From an uncultured Lachnospiraceae bacterium (GTDB lineage Bacteria; Bacillota; Clostridia; Oscillospirales; CAG-272), in NCBI GenBank assembly GCA_964445865.1, contig CAYULZ010000002.1:1-36966 (forward strand): DNA of 36,966 nt, read 5' to 3'. Each line of letters starts with the position of its first letter. The stretch's first letter is position 1. The notes beneath the pieces are model-generated. The model did no database searches, was not told the DNA's origin, and saw only the letters and a list, made by a program, of their open reading frames with translations. A program made the translations under genes and the position numbers. Positions 14,772 through 23,462 of this stretch are shown here, piece after piece.

Positions 14772-16448
14772 ATGATCGAATCGTTACACATTGAAAATAT
14801 TGCCGTGGTCAAGACACTCGACGTGGATTTTTCATCGGGTATGACCGTGCTGACGGGTGAAACAGGCGCGGGTAAATCCATCATCGTTGACAGCCTCAAT
14901 TTGCTTTTTGGCGGTCGTGCGGACCGCGAGCTGATCCGAAGCGGCGAGAGTCGCGCCGAGGTTTCGGCCGTGTTCGGCGGTTTGTCCGAGATGGCTTTGC
15001 AAACCCTTACGGAGCTTGGGTTTTCGGCGGCTGACGGAAGCGTAATGCTCTCTCGAAGCTTGACCCCGTCCTCCTCGACGGCGCGCATTAACGGCCGTGC
15101 GGTTACGCTTTCGGTGTTGCGCGAGATCGCTGAGCAGCTGTTCAATATCCACGGACAAAACGACAACCAACAGATGTTGGATCCCCGCAACCATATTCGT
15201 TTCTTGGATTCCTATGCCGATTGCGGCGCGATCCTCGCGCAATACAGCGTCCTCTATCATCAGATCCTTCATAAGCGTACCGAGATCGACTCACTCGACC
15301 GCGACGCGCGCGAGCAATACCGCATGCGCGAGATGCTTCGCTTCCAAGTCGCGGAGATCGACGCCGCCAAGCTCAAGTGTGGCGAGGAGGAGACGCTCGA
15401 GGAGCTTGTCAAGCGACTTCGTAATGCCGAACGCATCGACAAGAGTCGAAGCCTGGTCGCGAAAGCGCTCAAGGGTGGCGACAAGGGCATGGGCGCGATC
15501 TACCTGGCTGACCGTGCCGCAGGCGCGCTGGAGGCGATTATCGAAAGCATTCCCGAGGCTGAGGAGCTCTCGCGCCGCTTGCGCGAGGTCTGCTATGAGT
15601 TGGAGGACATCGCGGAAACGGTTGACGACGTGGCCAATCTCGGCGACGAAAATCCGACGCTGAAGCTCGACCGTGCCGAGGGACGGCTTGATACCATCGA
15701 GCGAATGAAGAGAAAATACGGAAGCAGCGTCGAGGAGGTACTCGCCTTCCGCGACGATGCGGCGGCACGGCTCGACTTGATCGACCACGCCGATGAGCGC
15801 CGTGAGGATATGGAAAATGAGCGGAAGGCACTTTCGAATGAGGCGCAAGCACTTGCTGAGCGGCTGCGCGACGCGCGCCGCGAGGCGGCACGCCGCCTGC
15901 GCGAGGAGGTGCAGGGAACGCTTGCCTTTCTCGATATGCCTAAGGTTCGCTTTGACGTGTCGGTGCGCCCTACCGACGATTTCAACGCCTTCGGCCGCGA
16001 TGCGGTCGAGTTTATGATCTCCACGAATCCCGGCGAGCCGATGATGCCGATGGCAAAGATTGCCTCGGGCGGCGAGCTTGCACGTATTATGCTCTCGCTT
16101 AAAAACGTGCTCAATCGCTCGGACGGCATCGATACCGTCATTTTCGACGAGATCGATACGGGTATTTCGGGCAAGACCTCGCGCAAGGTCGGCATCAAGC
16201 TCAAAGAGATCGGCCGCGAGTCGCAGGTCATCTGCGTGACGCACTCGGCACAGATCGCCTCGCTCGCGCATAACCACCTTTACATCTCGAAGCGAGAGGT
16301 CGACGGCCGGGCCGAAACGGCACTGACCGCGCTTGACCGTAAGGGCAGAGAAGAGGAGATCGCGCGCATCCTCGGCGGCATTGATATCACCGAGGCACAA
16401 AGGCTTGCCGCACGCGAAATGATTGCCGAAGGAGAACAGTACGGATGA
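14772..16448 (+). CDS. recN: DNA repair protein RecN
   Basis: MIESLHIENIAVV..., Walker A GETGAGKS, long coiled coil, signature ASGGELARIMLSLK, Walker B VIFDEIDTGI. ATG 14772 lies 10 nt after GGAGG; the track ORF begins at an upstream TTG. Confidence 0.9.
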   Translation: MIESLHIENIAVVKTLDVDFSSGMTVLTGETGAGKSIIVDSLNLLFGGRADRELIRSGESRAEVSAVFGGLSEMALQTLTELGFSAADGSVMLSRSLTPSSSTARINGRAVTLSVLREIAEQLFNIHGQNDNQQMLDPRNHIRFLDSYADCGAILAQYSVLYHQILHKRTEIDSLDRDAREQYRMREMLRFQVAEIDAAKLKCGEEETLEELVKRLRNAERIDKSRSLVAKALKGGDKGMGAIYLADRAAGALEAIIESIPEAEELSRRLREVCYELEDIAETVDDVANLGDENPTLKLDRAEGRLDTIERMKRKYGSSVEEVLAFRDDAAARLDLIDHADERREDMENERKALSNEAQALAERLRDARREAARRLREEVQGTLAFLDMPKVRFDVSVRPTDDFNAFGRDAVEFMISTNPGEPMMPMAKIASGGELARIMLSLKNVLNRSDGIDTVIFDEIDTGISGKTSRKVGIKLKEIGRESQVICVTHSAQIASLAHNHLYISKREVDGRAETALTALDRKGREEEIARILGGIDITEAQRLAAREMIAEGEQYG

Positions 16449-16915
16449 CAAAGACCAACGCGATGCGTCAGCTTGACGCAGCTAAAATTCCATACGAGGC
16501 TCTTTGCTACGAGGTCGACGAAAACGATCTGTCGGGCACGCATATTGCCGATCAGCTTGGCATGCCGTATGAGCAGATATTTAAGACCATTGTGACGAGG
16601 GGCGATAAAACTGGCTATCTCGTATTCTGTATCCCATGCCATAAGGAGATCGACCTCAAGGCCGCCGCGATCGCGACGGGAAATAAGAAGGTCGAGCCCG
16701 TGGCCGTCAAGGAGCTGTTAGGGCTCACGGGATATATTCGCGGTGGCTGCTCACCGATCGGGATGAAAAAGAAATTCCCGACCTACTTTGACAAGAGCGC
16801 CGAGGGCGAGGAGCGTATCACGGTCAGCGCGGGCGTGCGCGGCATTCAGCTACTGCTCTCTCGCGAGGATATCGTGCGCTTTACGGGAGCACGGCTTGCC
16901 GCTATCGCGCACTGA
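16445..16915 (+). CDS. ybaK: Cys-tRNA(Pro)/Cys-tRNA(Cys) deacylase YbaK
   Basis: MTKTNAMRQLDAAKIPYE..., FKTIV, GYIRGGCSPIG are YbaK/EbsC-type motifs. ATGA overlap with recN. Confidence 0.85.
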   Translation: MTKTNAMRQLDAAKIPYEALCYEVDENDLSGTHIADQLGMPYEQIFKTIVTRGDKTGYLVFCIPCHKEIDLKAAAIATGNKKVEPVAVKELLGLTGYIRGGCSPIGMKKKFPTYFDKSAEGEERITVSAGVRGIQLLLSREDIVRFTGARLAAIAH

Positions 16916-16946
16916 CGAAAAAAGAGCGAAAAATCGCAGGAAGCTC

Positions 16947-16975
16947 TTGCAAAAAGCGAGAGCTTGTAGTATAAT
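16947..16975 (+). promoter_or_regulatory. Sigma-A promoter of argS
   Basis: TTGCAA (16947-16952), 17-nt spacer, TATAAT (16970-16975). Confidence 0.7.
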
Positions 16976-17032
16976 AAATAGGTTATGTAATCGTTGCCTG
17001 TGCCGTGTGCGGAGGCAGAAAAGAGGAATGAG

Positions 17033-18766
17033 ATGTTAGAACTGAAATGTAAAATTGCCGACGCGATCATGGAGCGCGTCCTTGCCATGAAGGCGGATGC
17101 CGAGCTGACGGCGGACGACGTCATGGCGATGCTCGAGTATCCCCCCGATGAGAAGATGGGAGATCTCGCGCTGCCTTGCTTTAAGCTAAGCAAGCTGCTC
17201 CGCAACGCGCCCATAAAAATCGCCATCGCGATTGCCGAGTCCCTCTCGGTTGAGGGTGTGGCGCGCGCCGAGGCGGTCAATGGCTATTTGAATATTTTTC
17301 TGGACGGACAGGCACTCGCCAATCGCGTCATTCCCGAGGTCAGAGAAAAGGGCGATCGCTACGGTGCGCCCGACCTTGGACAGGGCAAGACCGTCGTGCT
17401 CGACTATTCGTCACCTAACTTGGCCAAGCCCTTCCATATCGGCCATCTCGGAACGACTGTTATCGGTCATTCTATTAAGCGGCTTCACGAATTCGCAGGC
17501 TATCAGTGCGTGGGAATCAACTATGTAGGAGACTGGGGAACCCAGTTTGGTAAGTTGATTGTTGCGTTCAAAAAATGGGGCAATCGTGAAAAGGTAGAGC
17601 AGAATGGTATTGATGCGCTGGTGGAACTGTATGTGAAAATCAACAATGCCATTTCCGGTAATGAGGAATTGGGTATTCCTGCCAATCCTGCCCTTGCAGA
17701 TGAGGCAAGAGCCGAATTCTTGAAAATGGAGCAAGGCGATGAGGAGAATTTGGCGTTGTGGCGTTGGTTGGTGGAAAAGACGCTGAAGGCCAATGATGAG
17801 ATTTATGAGCAGTTGGGAATTACCTTTGATAGCTACAAGGGTGAATCTTGCTATACTGACAAAATGCCTGCCCAAGTACAAAAACTTCGTGACGCTAATC
17901 TTTTGAAGATTGACGACGGCGCATCCATTGTGGATCTTTCGGAATATGGTATGCCCCCTTGTCTCATTTTGAAAAGAGACGGTGCTTCCTTGTATCCCAC
18001 CCGTGATATTGCCGCAGCACTGGATCGTAAGGAAATGTACGATTTCGATAAATGTATTTACGTCACAAGTGCCGGCCAGAGTCTCCACTTCGCACAGTGG
18101 TTCAAGGTGGTTGAGCTTATGGGCTACGATTGGTACGACAAGCTCGTGCACGTGCCCTACGGAACGGTCAGCATCAACGGCGAGAAGCTCGCCACGAGAA
18201 CGGGCAACGTCATTCTTCTGCGCGATCTGTTCGCGCTGGCTATCGACAAGGTGGCCGCCATCATGGAGGAGAAAAATCCCGACCTTGCCGACAAGGCAGA
18301 GATCGCCGAGGCGGTCGGCGTCGGCGCGGTCGTGTTCTACTACCTGTCCAATAATCGCATCCGTGACATCAACTTCGTCATGGAGGATGCCCTCAGCTTC
18401 GATGGCAACACGGGCCCCTACGTGCAGTACACCTATGCGCGTACCTGCTCGGTGCTTGCCAAGGCGGGTGACGTGAAGGGCGGGGAGCTGACGGTCACCG
18501 CCGACGAGGAGACCGCGCTTCTCAAGGTGCTTTGCCGCTTTGAGGAAACGGTGCGCGACGCCATTGCGGCCTACGAGCCCTCGATCATCACGCGCTACAT
18601 TCTCGACGTAGCGGGTGCGTATAACCGCTTCTACCACAACTGCTCCATCCTCAACGCCGAGAACGAGCAGGTGCGCTCCACGCGTCTTGCGCTCACCGAA
18701 GCCGCCAAGACCGTGCTTGGCAACGCATTTGGCCTGATCTGTCTGCAGAAGACCGAAAAGATTTAA
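17033..18766 (+). CDS. argS: Arginine--tRNA ligase
   Basis: SSPNLAKPFHIGHLGTTVIG (HIGH motif), class-I catalytic core and C-terminal DALR anticodon-binding region. Met14 of the track ORF is used, preceded by AAAGAGGAA. Confidence 0.92.
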   Translation: MLELKCKIADAIMERVLAMKADAELTADDVMAMLEYPPDEKMGDLALPCFKLSKLLRNAPIKIAIAIAESLSVEGVARAEAVNGYLNIFLDGQALANRVIPEVREKGDRYGAPDLGQGKTVVLDYSSPNLAKPFHIGHLGTTVIGHSIKRLHEFAGYQCVGINYVGDWGTQFGKLIVAFKKWGNREKVEQNGIDALVELYVKINNAISGNEELGIPANPALADEARAEFLKMEQGDEENLALWRWLVEKTLKANDEIYEQLGITFDSYKGESCYTDKMPAQVQKLRDANLLKIDDGASIVDLSEYGMPPCLILKRDGASLYPTRDIAAALDRKEMYDFDKCIYVTSAGQSLHFAQWFKVVELMGYDWYDKLVHVPYGTVSINGEKLATRTGNVILLRDLFALAIDKVAAIMEEKNPDLADKAEIAEAVGVGAVVFYYLSNNRIRDINFVMEDALSFDGNTGPYVQYTYARTCSVLAKAGDVKGGELTVTADEETALLKVLCRFEETVRDAIAAYEPSIITRYILDVAGAYNRFYHNCSILNAENEQVRSTRLALTEAAKTVLGNAFGLICLQKTEKI

Positions 18767-18803
18767 TGTTGATGAAATTTTAAGAAAATAAAGAGGTATT
18801 ACC

Positions 18804-19535
18804 ATGTCCGGACATAGCAAATGGGCTAACATTAAGCACAAGAAAGAAAAAACCGACGCGCAGCGCGCGAAGGTGTTCACCAAGATCGGTAAGGAGATCA
18901 CCATTGCCGTTAAGGCAGGCGGCGGCGACCCCGCCTCGAACTCCAAGCTGCGCGACCTGATCCTGAAGGCCAAGTCGAATAACGTTCCCAACGATAACAT
19001 CGAGAGAACCATCAAAAAGGCACTCGGCGCGACCTCGGAGAACTACGAGGAGATCGTATACGAGGGCTACGGTCCCGCAGGCATTGCCGTGATCGTCGAG
19101 ACCACCACCGATAACCGCAACCGTACCGCGGGTAACGTCCGCGCCACCTTCTCGAAGTATCACGGCAACCTCGGCCAGACGGGCTGCGTGTCCTATCTCT
19201 TCGAGGAAAAGGGCGTCATCATCATTTCGAACGAGGATGGCGACATTGACGAGGATAAGCTGATGGAGACCGCACTCGAAGCGGGCGCCGAGGACTTTGC
19301 TGCCGAGGGAGAGGCCTTTGAAATCTACACCGAGCCCGACGATCTGTACGCCGTTAAGGAAGCCCTTGAGGGTGCAGGCTATGCGATCGCATCGGCCGAC
19401 AAGGATAAGATCCCCTCGAACTACGTTACCCTCGACAACGAGGACGACATCAAGTTTATGACGCTGATGATCGAAAAGCTCGAGGACGACGACGACGTCA
19501 TGAACGTATACCACAACTGGGAAAACTGTGACTGA
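18804..19535 (+). CDS. yebC: YebC/PmpR-family DNA-binding regulator
   Basis: MSGHSKWANIKHKKEKTDAQRAKVFTKIGKEI is the hallmark N-terminus; 243 aa. Confidence 0.92.
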   Translation: MSGHSKWANIKHKKEKTDAQRAKVFTKIGKEITIAVKAGGGDPASNSKLRDLILKAKSNNVPNDNIERTIKKALGATSENYEEIVYEGYGPAGIAVIVETTTDNRNRTAGNVRATFSKYHGNLGQTGCVSYLFEEKGVIIISNEDGDIDEDKLMETALEAGAEDFAAEGEAFEIYTEPDDLYAVKEALEGAGYAIASADKDKIPSNYVTLDNEDDIKFMTLMIEKLEDDDDVMNVYHNWENCD

Positions 19536-19540
19536 TTGTC

Positions 19541-20959
19541 ATGAATAAGTACAAACGCTTACTGTCGAACACAGCCATTCTGGGACTCGGCACCTTCGCT
19601 TCGAAGGTGCTCGTGTTCCTCTTGATGCCGCTGTATACCGCGATTTTGTCCGCCGAGGAATTCGGTGTGGCGGATCTCGTCGCGCAGACGGCCAATCTGT
19701 TGATCCCACTTGCGGCGGTTGGTATTTGCGACGGTCTGTTTCGCTTTACGCTCGAAACGGATAGCGGCGACCGCAAGAAGGTCTTTACTGCATCGGTCAC
19801 CGTGCTTGGTATCGGAAGTGCGGCGCTTGCGCTGATTGCGGCCCTCGTCTATTCCTTTCACGGGCCGTCGGTGGAATATCTGCCCATGATCGTCTTGTAC
19901 GTGGTCTGTGCGAATTTCCATTCGGCCTTTGCGCACTATCTGCGCGCCAAGGGACGTACGACGCTGTTTGCCGTGCAGGGAATTATCAATACGGTACTGA
20001 CCATTGCACTCAATATTTTGTTCCTCGTCGTATGGGACATGGGAAGCACGGGCTACGTGCTTTCGGTGGTCGTTGCCGATCTTACGCTCACCGTCGGCCT
20101 TTTTATCTTCTGCCGACTGTGGCGCGATTTGGACTTCCGCGCGTGGGATAATAAGGTCGTAAAGGCGCTCTTGAAATTCAGCATTCCGTATATTCCGACG
20201 ACCATGATGTGGCTCATCACCTCGGTCTCCGACCGCTATATCGTAACGATTTATTGCGGCACTGAGATTCACGGTCTGTATGCGGCGGCGAGTAAAATTC
20301 CTACGCTTGTCCTGCTTGTCAGCGGTGTGTTTATCGAAGCGTGGCATTTTTCGAGTGTGAAGGATTCCCTCGAAGAGCGTGCGGAATTTTTCGGTACCGT
20401 TTACCGTAACTACATGAGCATTATGTTTGTGGGAGCGTCGGTGCTGATCGCGGGCTCGAAGATCTTTACGCGCCTGCTTTTGGCCGATTCCTATTACAGC
20501 TCGTGGGAATTTGTGCCGATCCTCGTGATCGCTATGATCTTTTCTGCGTTCTCGGCCTTTTTCGGAAGCGTGTATTTTCTCGAAAAGAAGAGCATGCTTT
20601 CGATGCTGACCGCGATGTCGGGGGCGGTGATCAACGTAATTTTGAATTTCCTTCTCATTCCGCGCCACGGCGCGATGGGAGCGGCGGTGGCTACGCTGAT
20701 CAGCTATCTGGCTACCTATGCCATTCGTGCCTACGATACGGCGCATTACGTGAAATTCAATCAGCACCACGTGCGTGTGACGGTCAATACGGTCGCGCTT
20801 CTGGCACAGGCTTGGATTATGATCGAGGCGCCCCGTTATTGGCAGTACGCCCAAGTGGCCATCGTTTTATTCTTTGTTATCTTTAACGGAAAGGGAATCG
20901 TGTTGTCGGTTTCCCAGCTTTTTGGAAATATTTTTTCAAAAAAATCTAAAAAAAATTAA
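19541..20959 (+). CDS. MOP-superfamily oligosaccharide/polysaccharide flippase (Wzx-like)
   Basis: 472 aa with about 12-14 TM helices. N-terminus LLSNTAILGLGTFASKVLVFLLMPLYTAILSAEEFGVADL is typical of the Polysacc_synt family. Confidence 0.8.
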   Translation: MNKYKRLLSNTAILGLGTFASKVLVFLLMPLYTAILSAEEFGVADLVAQTANLLIPLAAVGICDGLFRFTLETDSGDRKKVFTASVTVLGIGSAALALIAALVYSFHGPSVEYLPMIVLYVVCANFHSAFAHYLRAKGRTTLFAVQGIINTVLTIALNILFLVVWDMGSTGYVLSVVVADLTLTVGLFIFCRLWRDLDFRAWDNKVVKALLKFSIPYIPTTMMWLITSVSDRYIVTIYCGTEIHGLYAAASKIPTLVLLVSGVFIEAWHFSSVKDSLEERAEFFGTVYRNYMSIMFVGASVLIAGSKIFTRLLLADSYYSSWEFVPILVIAMIFSAFSAFFGSVYFLEKKSMLSMLTAMSGAVINVILNFLLIPRHGAMGAAVATLISYLATYAIRAYDTAHYVKFNQHHVRVTVNTVALLAQAWIMIEAPRYWQYAQVAIVLFFVIFNGKGIVLSVSQLFGNIFSKKSKKN

Positions 20960-20967
20960 AAAAGCAC

Positions 20968-20996
20968 TTGCAAAACGTATCAAGATATGATATAAT
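20968..20996 (+). promoter_or_regulatory. Sigma-A promoter of rplS
   Basis: TTGCAA (20968-20973), 17-nt spacer, TGaTATAAT (TATAAT 20991-20996). Confidence 0.7.
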
Positions 20997-21002
20997 ATGA
21001 TG

Positions 21003-21075
21003 TAATGTGCATAAAACACAAAGACGGGTGGTCCGCTGCGTCGCTCTGCATGAACACCCCGATATCAAAGGAGGA
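21003..21075 (+). ncRNA. Candidate ribosomal-protein L19 leader (autoregulatory 5' UTR)
   Basis: An ~80-nt leader lies between the promoter and the rplS SD. It has potential GGGTG/CACCC pairing (21027-21031/21053-21057) enclosing a GC-rich segment. The assignment rests on position only; L19 leaders are known in Firmicutes. Confidence 0.3.
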
Positions 21076-21082
21076 CTGAACA

Positions 21083-21424
21083 ATGAACTTACTTCAGGCT
21101 TTTACAAACGAGCAGTTGAAAACCGAGCTCCCCGTTGTGAACGTTGGTGATACCATTCGTATCCACAACAGAATTAAAGAGGGCGCACGCGAGAGAATCC
21201 AGATGTTCGAGGGTACCGTCATTGCGAAGCACGGCGGTGGCATTTCCGAGACCTTCACCGTAAGACGCGTTTCCTACGGCTGTGGTGTCGAGAAGACCTT
21301 CCCGATCCATTCTCCCAACGTTGTTAAGGTTGACGTGATCCGCTCGGGCCGCGTAAGAAGAGCTAAGCTCTACTACCTGCGCGACAGAGTCGGTAAGGCT
21401 TCTAAGGTTAAGGAAAAGATCTAA
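21083..21424 (+). CDS. rplS: 50S ribosomal protein L19
   Basis: [13 protein letters not shown]...[45 protein letters not shown]; AAAGGAGG SD. Confidence 0.95.
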   Translation: MNLLQAFTNEQLKTELPVVNVGDTIRIHNRIKEGARERIQMFEGTVIAKHGGGISETFTVRRVSYGCGVEKTFPIHSPNVVKVDVIRSGRVRRAKLYYLRDRVGKASKVKEKI

Positions 21425-21440
21425 CCTCGGAAACCAAAAT

Positions 21441-21487
21441 ATACGGCGGAAGCAAGCTTTGCTTCCGCCGTATATTTTTTTATTTTT
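21441..21487. terminator. Bidirectional intrinsic terminator (rplS / convergent lipoprotein operon)
   Basis: ATACGGCGGAAGCAA-GCT-TTGCTTCCGCCGTAT flanked by AAAAT on the 5' side and ATTTTTTTATTTTTT on the 3' side. Confidence 0.85.
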
Positions 21488-21962
21488 TTAACATTTCCTC
21501 AATCGACTCGAACGCCTTCTCGCGATTGTCCTCGGACAGGATGGTATAGATCACGTAGTGGCCGAACACGCGAACCGTTGCGGCATCGAGCTTCGTCGCC
21601 TCGCGCGGCGCGTAGCTTGCGACGAAGGCGCGCTGTTCTTCGCGCAGGGTGTTCACGTATTGCTCACACAGACGGCGAAGCTCGTCCACGTCCTCTTGCG
21701 TTTCTCCTCGAAAAATGCCGATCTCGTCGATGTTCTCGGAGCGTACGCTGTATACGAGACTGTAATCGGCAAAGCGGTCGGTGTCCTCGAATGAGAAGCG
21801 GATCTGCTCCTCGCCAAAGGGAAGATATTCTTCGTCCTCGAGCTCATCGCAAACGGCGTCTGTGATCGCTTCGCAGGAAATGTCGTCGCGGTAGTCTTTC
21901 ATGCGCTGACAGCCCATTGTCAAAAGGGCGAGGAGCAAACCGAGGCATAACAGCTTCTTCAT
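21480..21962 (-). CDS. DUF4358-like lipoprotein
   Basis: Signal peptide with lipobox LLTMGC. The body (IDEIGIFRGETQEDVDEL...YAPREATKLDAATVRVFGHYVIYTIL) resembles the DUF4358 family common in Clostridia. Confidence 0.75.
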   Translation of the reverse strand: MKKLLCLGLLLALLTMGCQRMKDYRDDISCEAITDAVCDELEDEEYLPFGEEQIRFSFEDTDRFADYSLVYSVRSENIDEIGIFRGETQEDVDELRRLCEQYVNTLREEQRAFVASYAPREATKLDAATVRVFGHYVIYTILSEDNREKAFESIEEMLKK

Positions 21963-21974
21963 GCTTATTTCCTT

Positions 21975-22733
21975 TCATTCCGTACCGTGAGTACGGATAT
22001 AATACAAGATTTTTCGATAGGCCTCAGCCGTCAAATGGTGACCGTCCCCGTTTTGGTATTCCGTACGGAGACGCCCGTTTTCATCGGTGAGAATCTCGGC
22101 CGTGTTCAGGTAGCCGATGCCGTATTCCTCGGCCAGCTCCTCGGTCCAACCGTTGATGGTGCGGATGTGCGCGTTCAGCGTATCAAGATCGACCGAAAAA
22201 TGCGACATATCCATATTTTCGGCGACGGGGAAGGCCGATTGTAGCAGGATCTCGGTCGAAGGGGAATTTCTTTTGATCGCATCGATTACGATGCGGTAGC
22301 AGGATTGAAAATAGTCCTTTCCGCGCCGCACGTTGCCGACCGCACCGTTGAGTCCAAAGCAAAGAAGCATGCGCTTCGGTTGCTCCCGACGAACCGCCTC
22401 TCCGATTGTCAGCTGCTCACCTGTTGGGGGATAGACGATCTTCAGCGAGCCGACTGTGGTATCGAGATTGACCGTACCGCTCGGCGGCCCCCAGATCTGC
22501 TTCGTCTCGGTACCGCCCGTAAGAACGCCACGGCTTTTCAGATGATAGGTCGTGGATTCCCCGAAAAAAATAAAGCTGTCTATATACGCTTGCCCAAGAT
22601 CCGTTCCTTCCTGTAACGCGGCCGCAGGAAGCAGGGATTCCTCCTCGCTTCCTCCGTCGCGCGGACGGCAGGAGGGGAGCAGAAGTCCCAATATCAGAAT
22701 GGTGGACAGAGCCATAGACAGCTTTTGATTCAT
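21975..22733 (-). CDS. SGNH/GDSL-family hydrolase lipoprotein
   Basis: Signal peptide with Cys (LLLPSC). Block I FFGESTT (Ser nucleophile), block III FGLNG, block V DGHHLT (DxxH). Confidence 0.75.
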   Translation of the reverse strand: MNQKLSMALSTILILGLLLPSCRPRDGGSEEESLLPAAALQEGTDLGQAYIDSFIFFGESTTYHLKSRGVLTGGTETKQIWGPPSGTVNLDTTVGSLKIVYPPTGEQLTIGEAVRREQPKRMLLCFGLNGAVGNVRRGKDYFQSCYRIVIDAIKRNSPSTEILLQSAFPVAENMDMSHFSVDLDTLNAHIRTINGWTEELAEEYGIGYLNTAEILTDENGRLRTEYQNGDGHHLTAEAYRKILYYIRTHGTE

Positions 22734-22775
22734 AACCGTACGCCTTTCCGAAAAATGGGATCGGCATACGCAGGG

Positions 22776-23207
22776 TCAACGTCGGGTTTTATACTGACTC
22801 TTGTATTCCTCGGTTGCCTCGCGATTCTTGCGGAAACGAGACGCGATCCATGCAAAGATGCCCATGACGAGGAAGTAGGCGAGGACGAAGAATACGAGGC
22901 CGACCAACACGGAGGATCCGGGCATGGAGAGCGGCAAAAGGAAGCACAGATAAAAGGCGAGCGTGCAGATCAGAAAATGTAACAGCAAGCGGAGCGCGCC
23001 CGAAAGCGGCTTGTAGCGATAAATGCCGTTTGCCCCCGACACCAAAAGAGAAAAGACGAAGAAGAGGAGCACGCGGCCCGCCTCCATCAGCACTTGATCC
23101 TGCTTAACGTATGCGAGATAGACGATCAGCGCATACGCTGCGGTGATGAGGGAAAAGAGCACGCAGGCGTCGGTTAATATTTTCTTGACCGTTTGTTTGA
23201 TATTCAT
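22776..23207 (-). CDS. Small 4-TM membrane protein
   Basis: The track ORF is 22776-23330. I prefer Met42 (MNIKQTVKKILTD...) because hydrophobic helices start right after it. Met1/Met26 starts are not excluded. C-terminus is basic. Confidence 0.6.
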   Translation of the reverse strand: MNIKQTVKKILTDACVLFSLITAAYALIVYLAYVKQDQVLMEAGRVLLFFVFSLLVSGANGIYRYKPLSGALRLLLHFLICTLAFYLCFLLPLSMPGSSVLVGLVFFVLAYFLVMGIFAWIASRFRKNREATEEYKSQYKTRR

Positions 23208-23462
23208 GCGATTATATCGATCCTTTCCATATTGTTCCCCTACACTATACCACATATGCGCATTTTTTTCAATAAGATTCTGTAAATTTTTTGCCACTGA
23301 CAAAAAACCGTCACTCGCAGACGTTGCCATTGTGGTATGATAAGCGTGGGGATAACGGAGAACCGCTCACAACAGGAAGGAACGGTACGTTATGAAACTA
23401 AAAATAGATCAAGGCTCGTACGGTCACCCATTTGCGTGCGCCCCGCGTGCGGAGGTGTTGTA

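Noticed and set aside
16976-17032. Possible T-box leader upstream of argS.
   Set aside because: The leader is only about 55 nt. It has no specifier-loop or T-box (GGTGGTACCGCG-like) sequence and no terminator/antiterminator pair.
17411-19015. 534-aa minus-strand ORF across argS and the yebC start. The same applies to 6132-7520(-), 15291-16451(-), 19559-20854(-), 25523-26971(+), 13350-14120(-), 28528-29601(-) and 1233-1919(-).
   Set aside because: All are antisense to genes with strong family signatures. None has recognisable motifs or translation signals.
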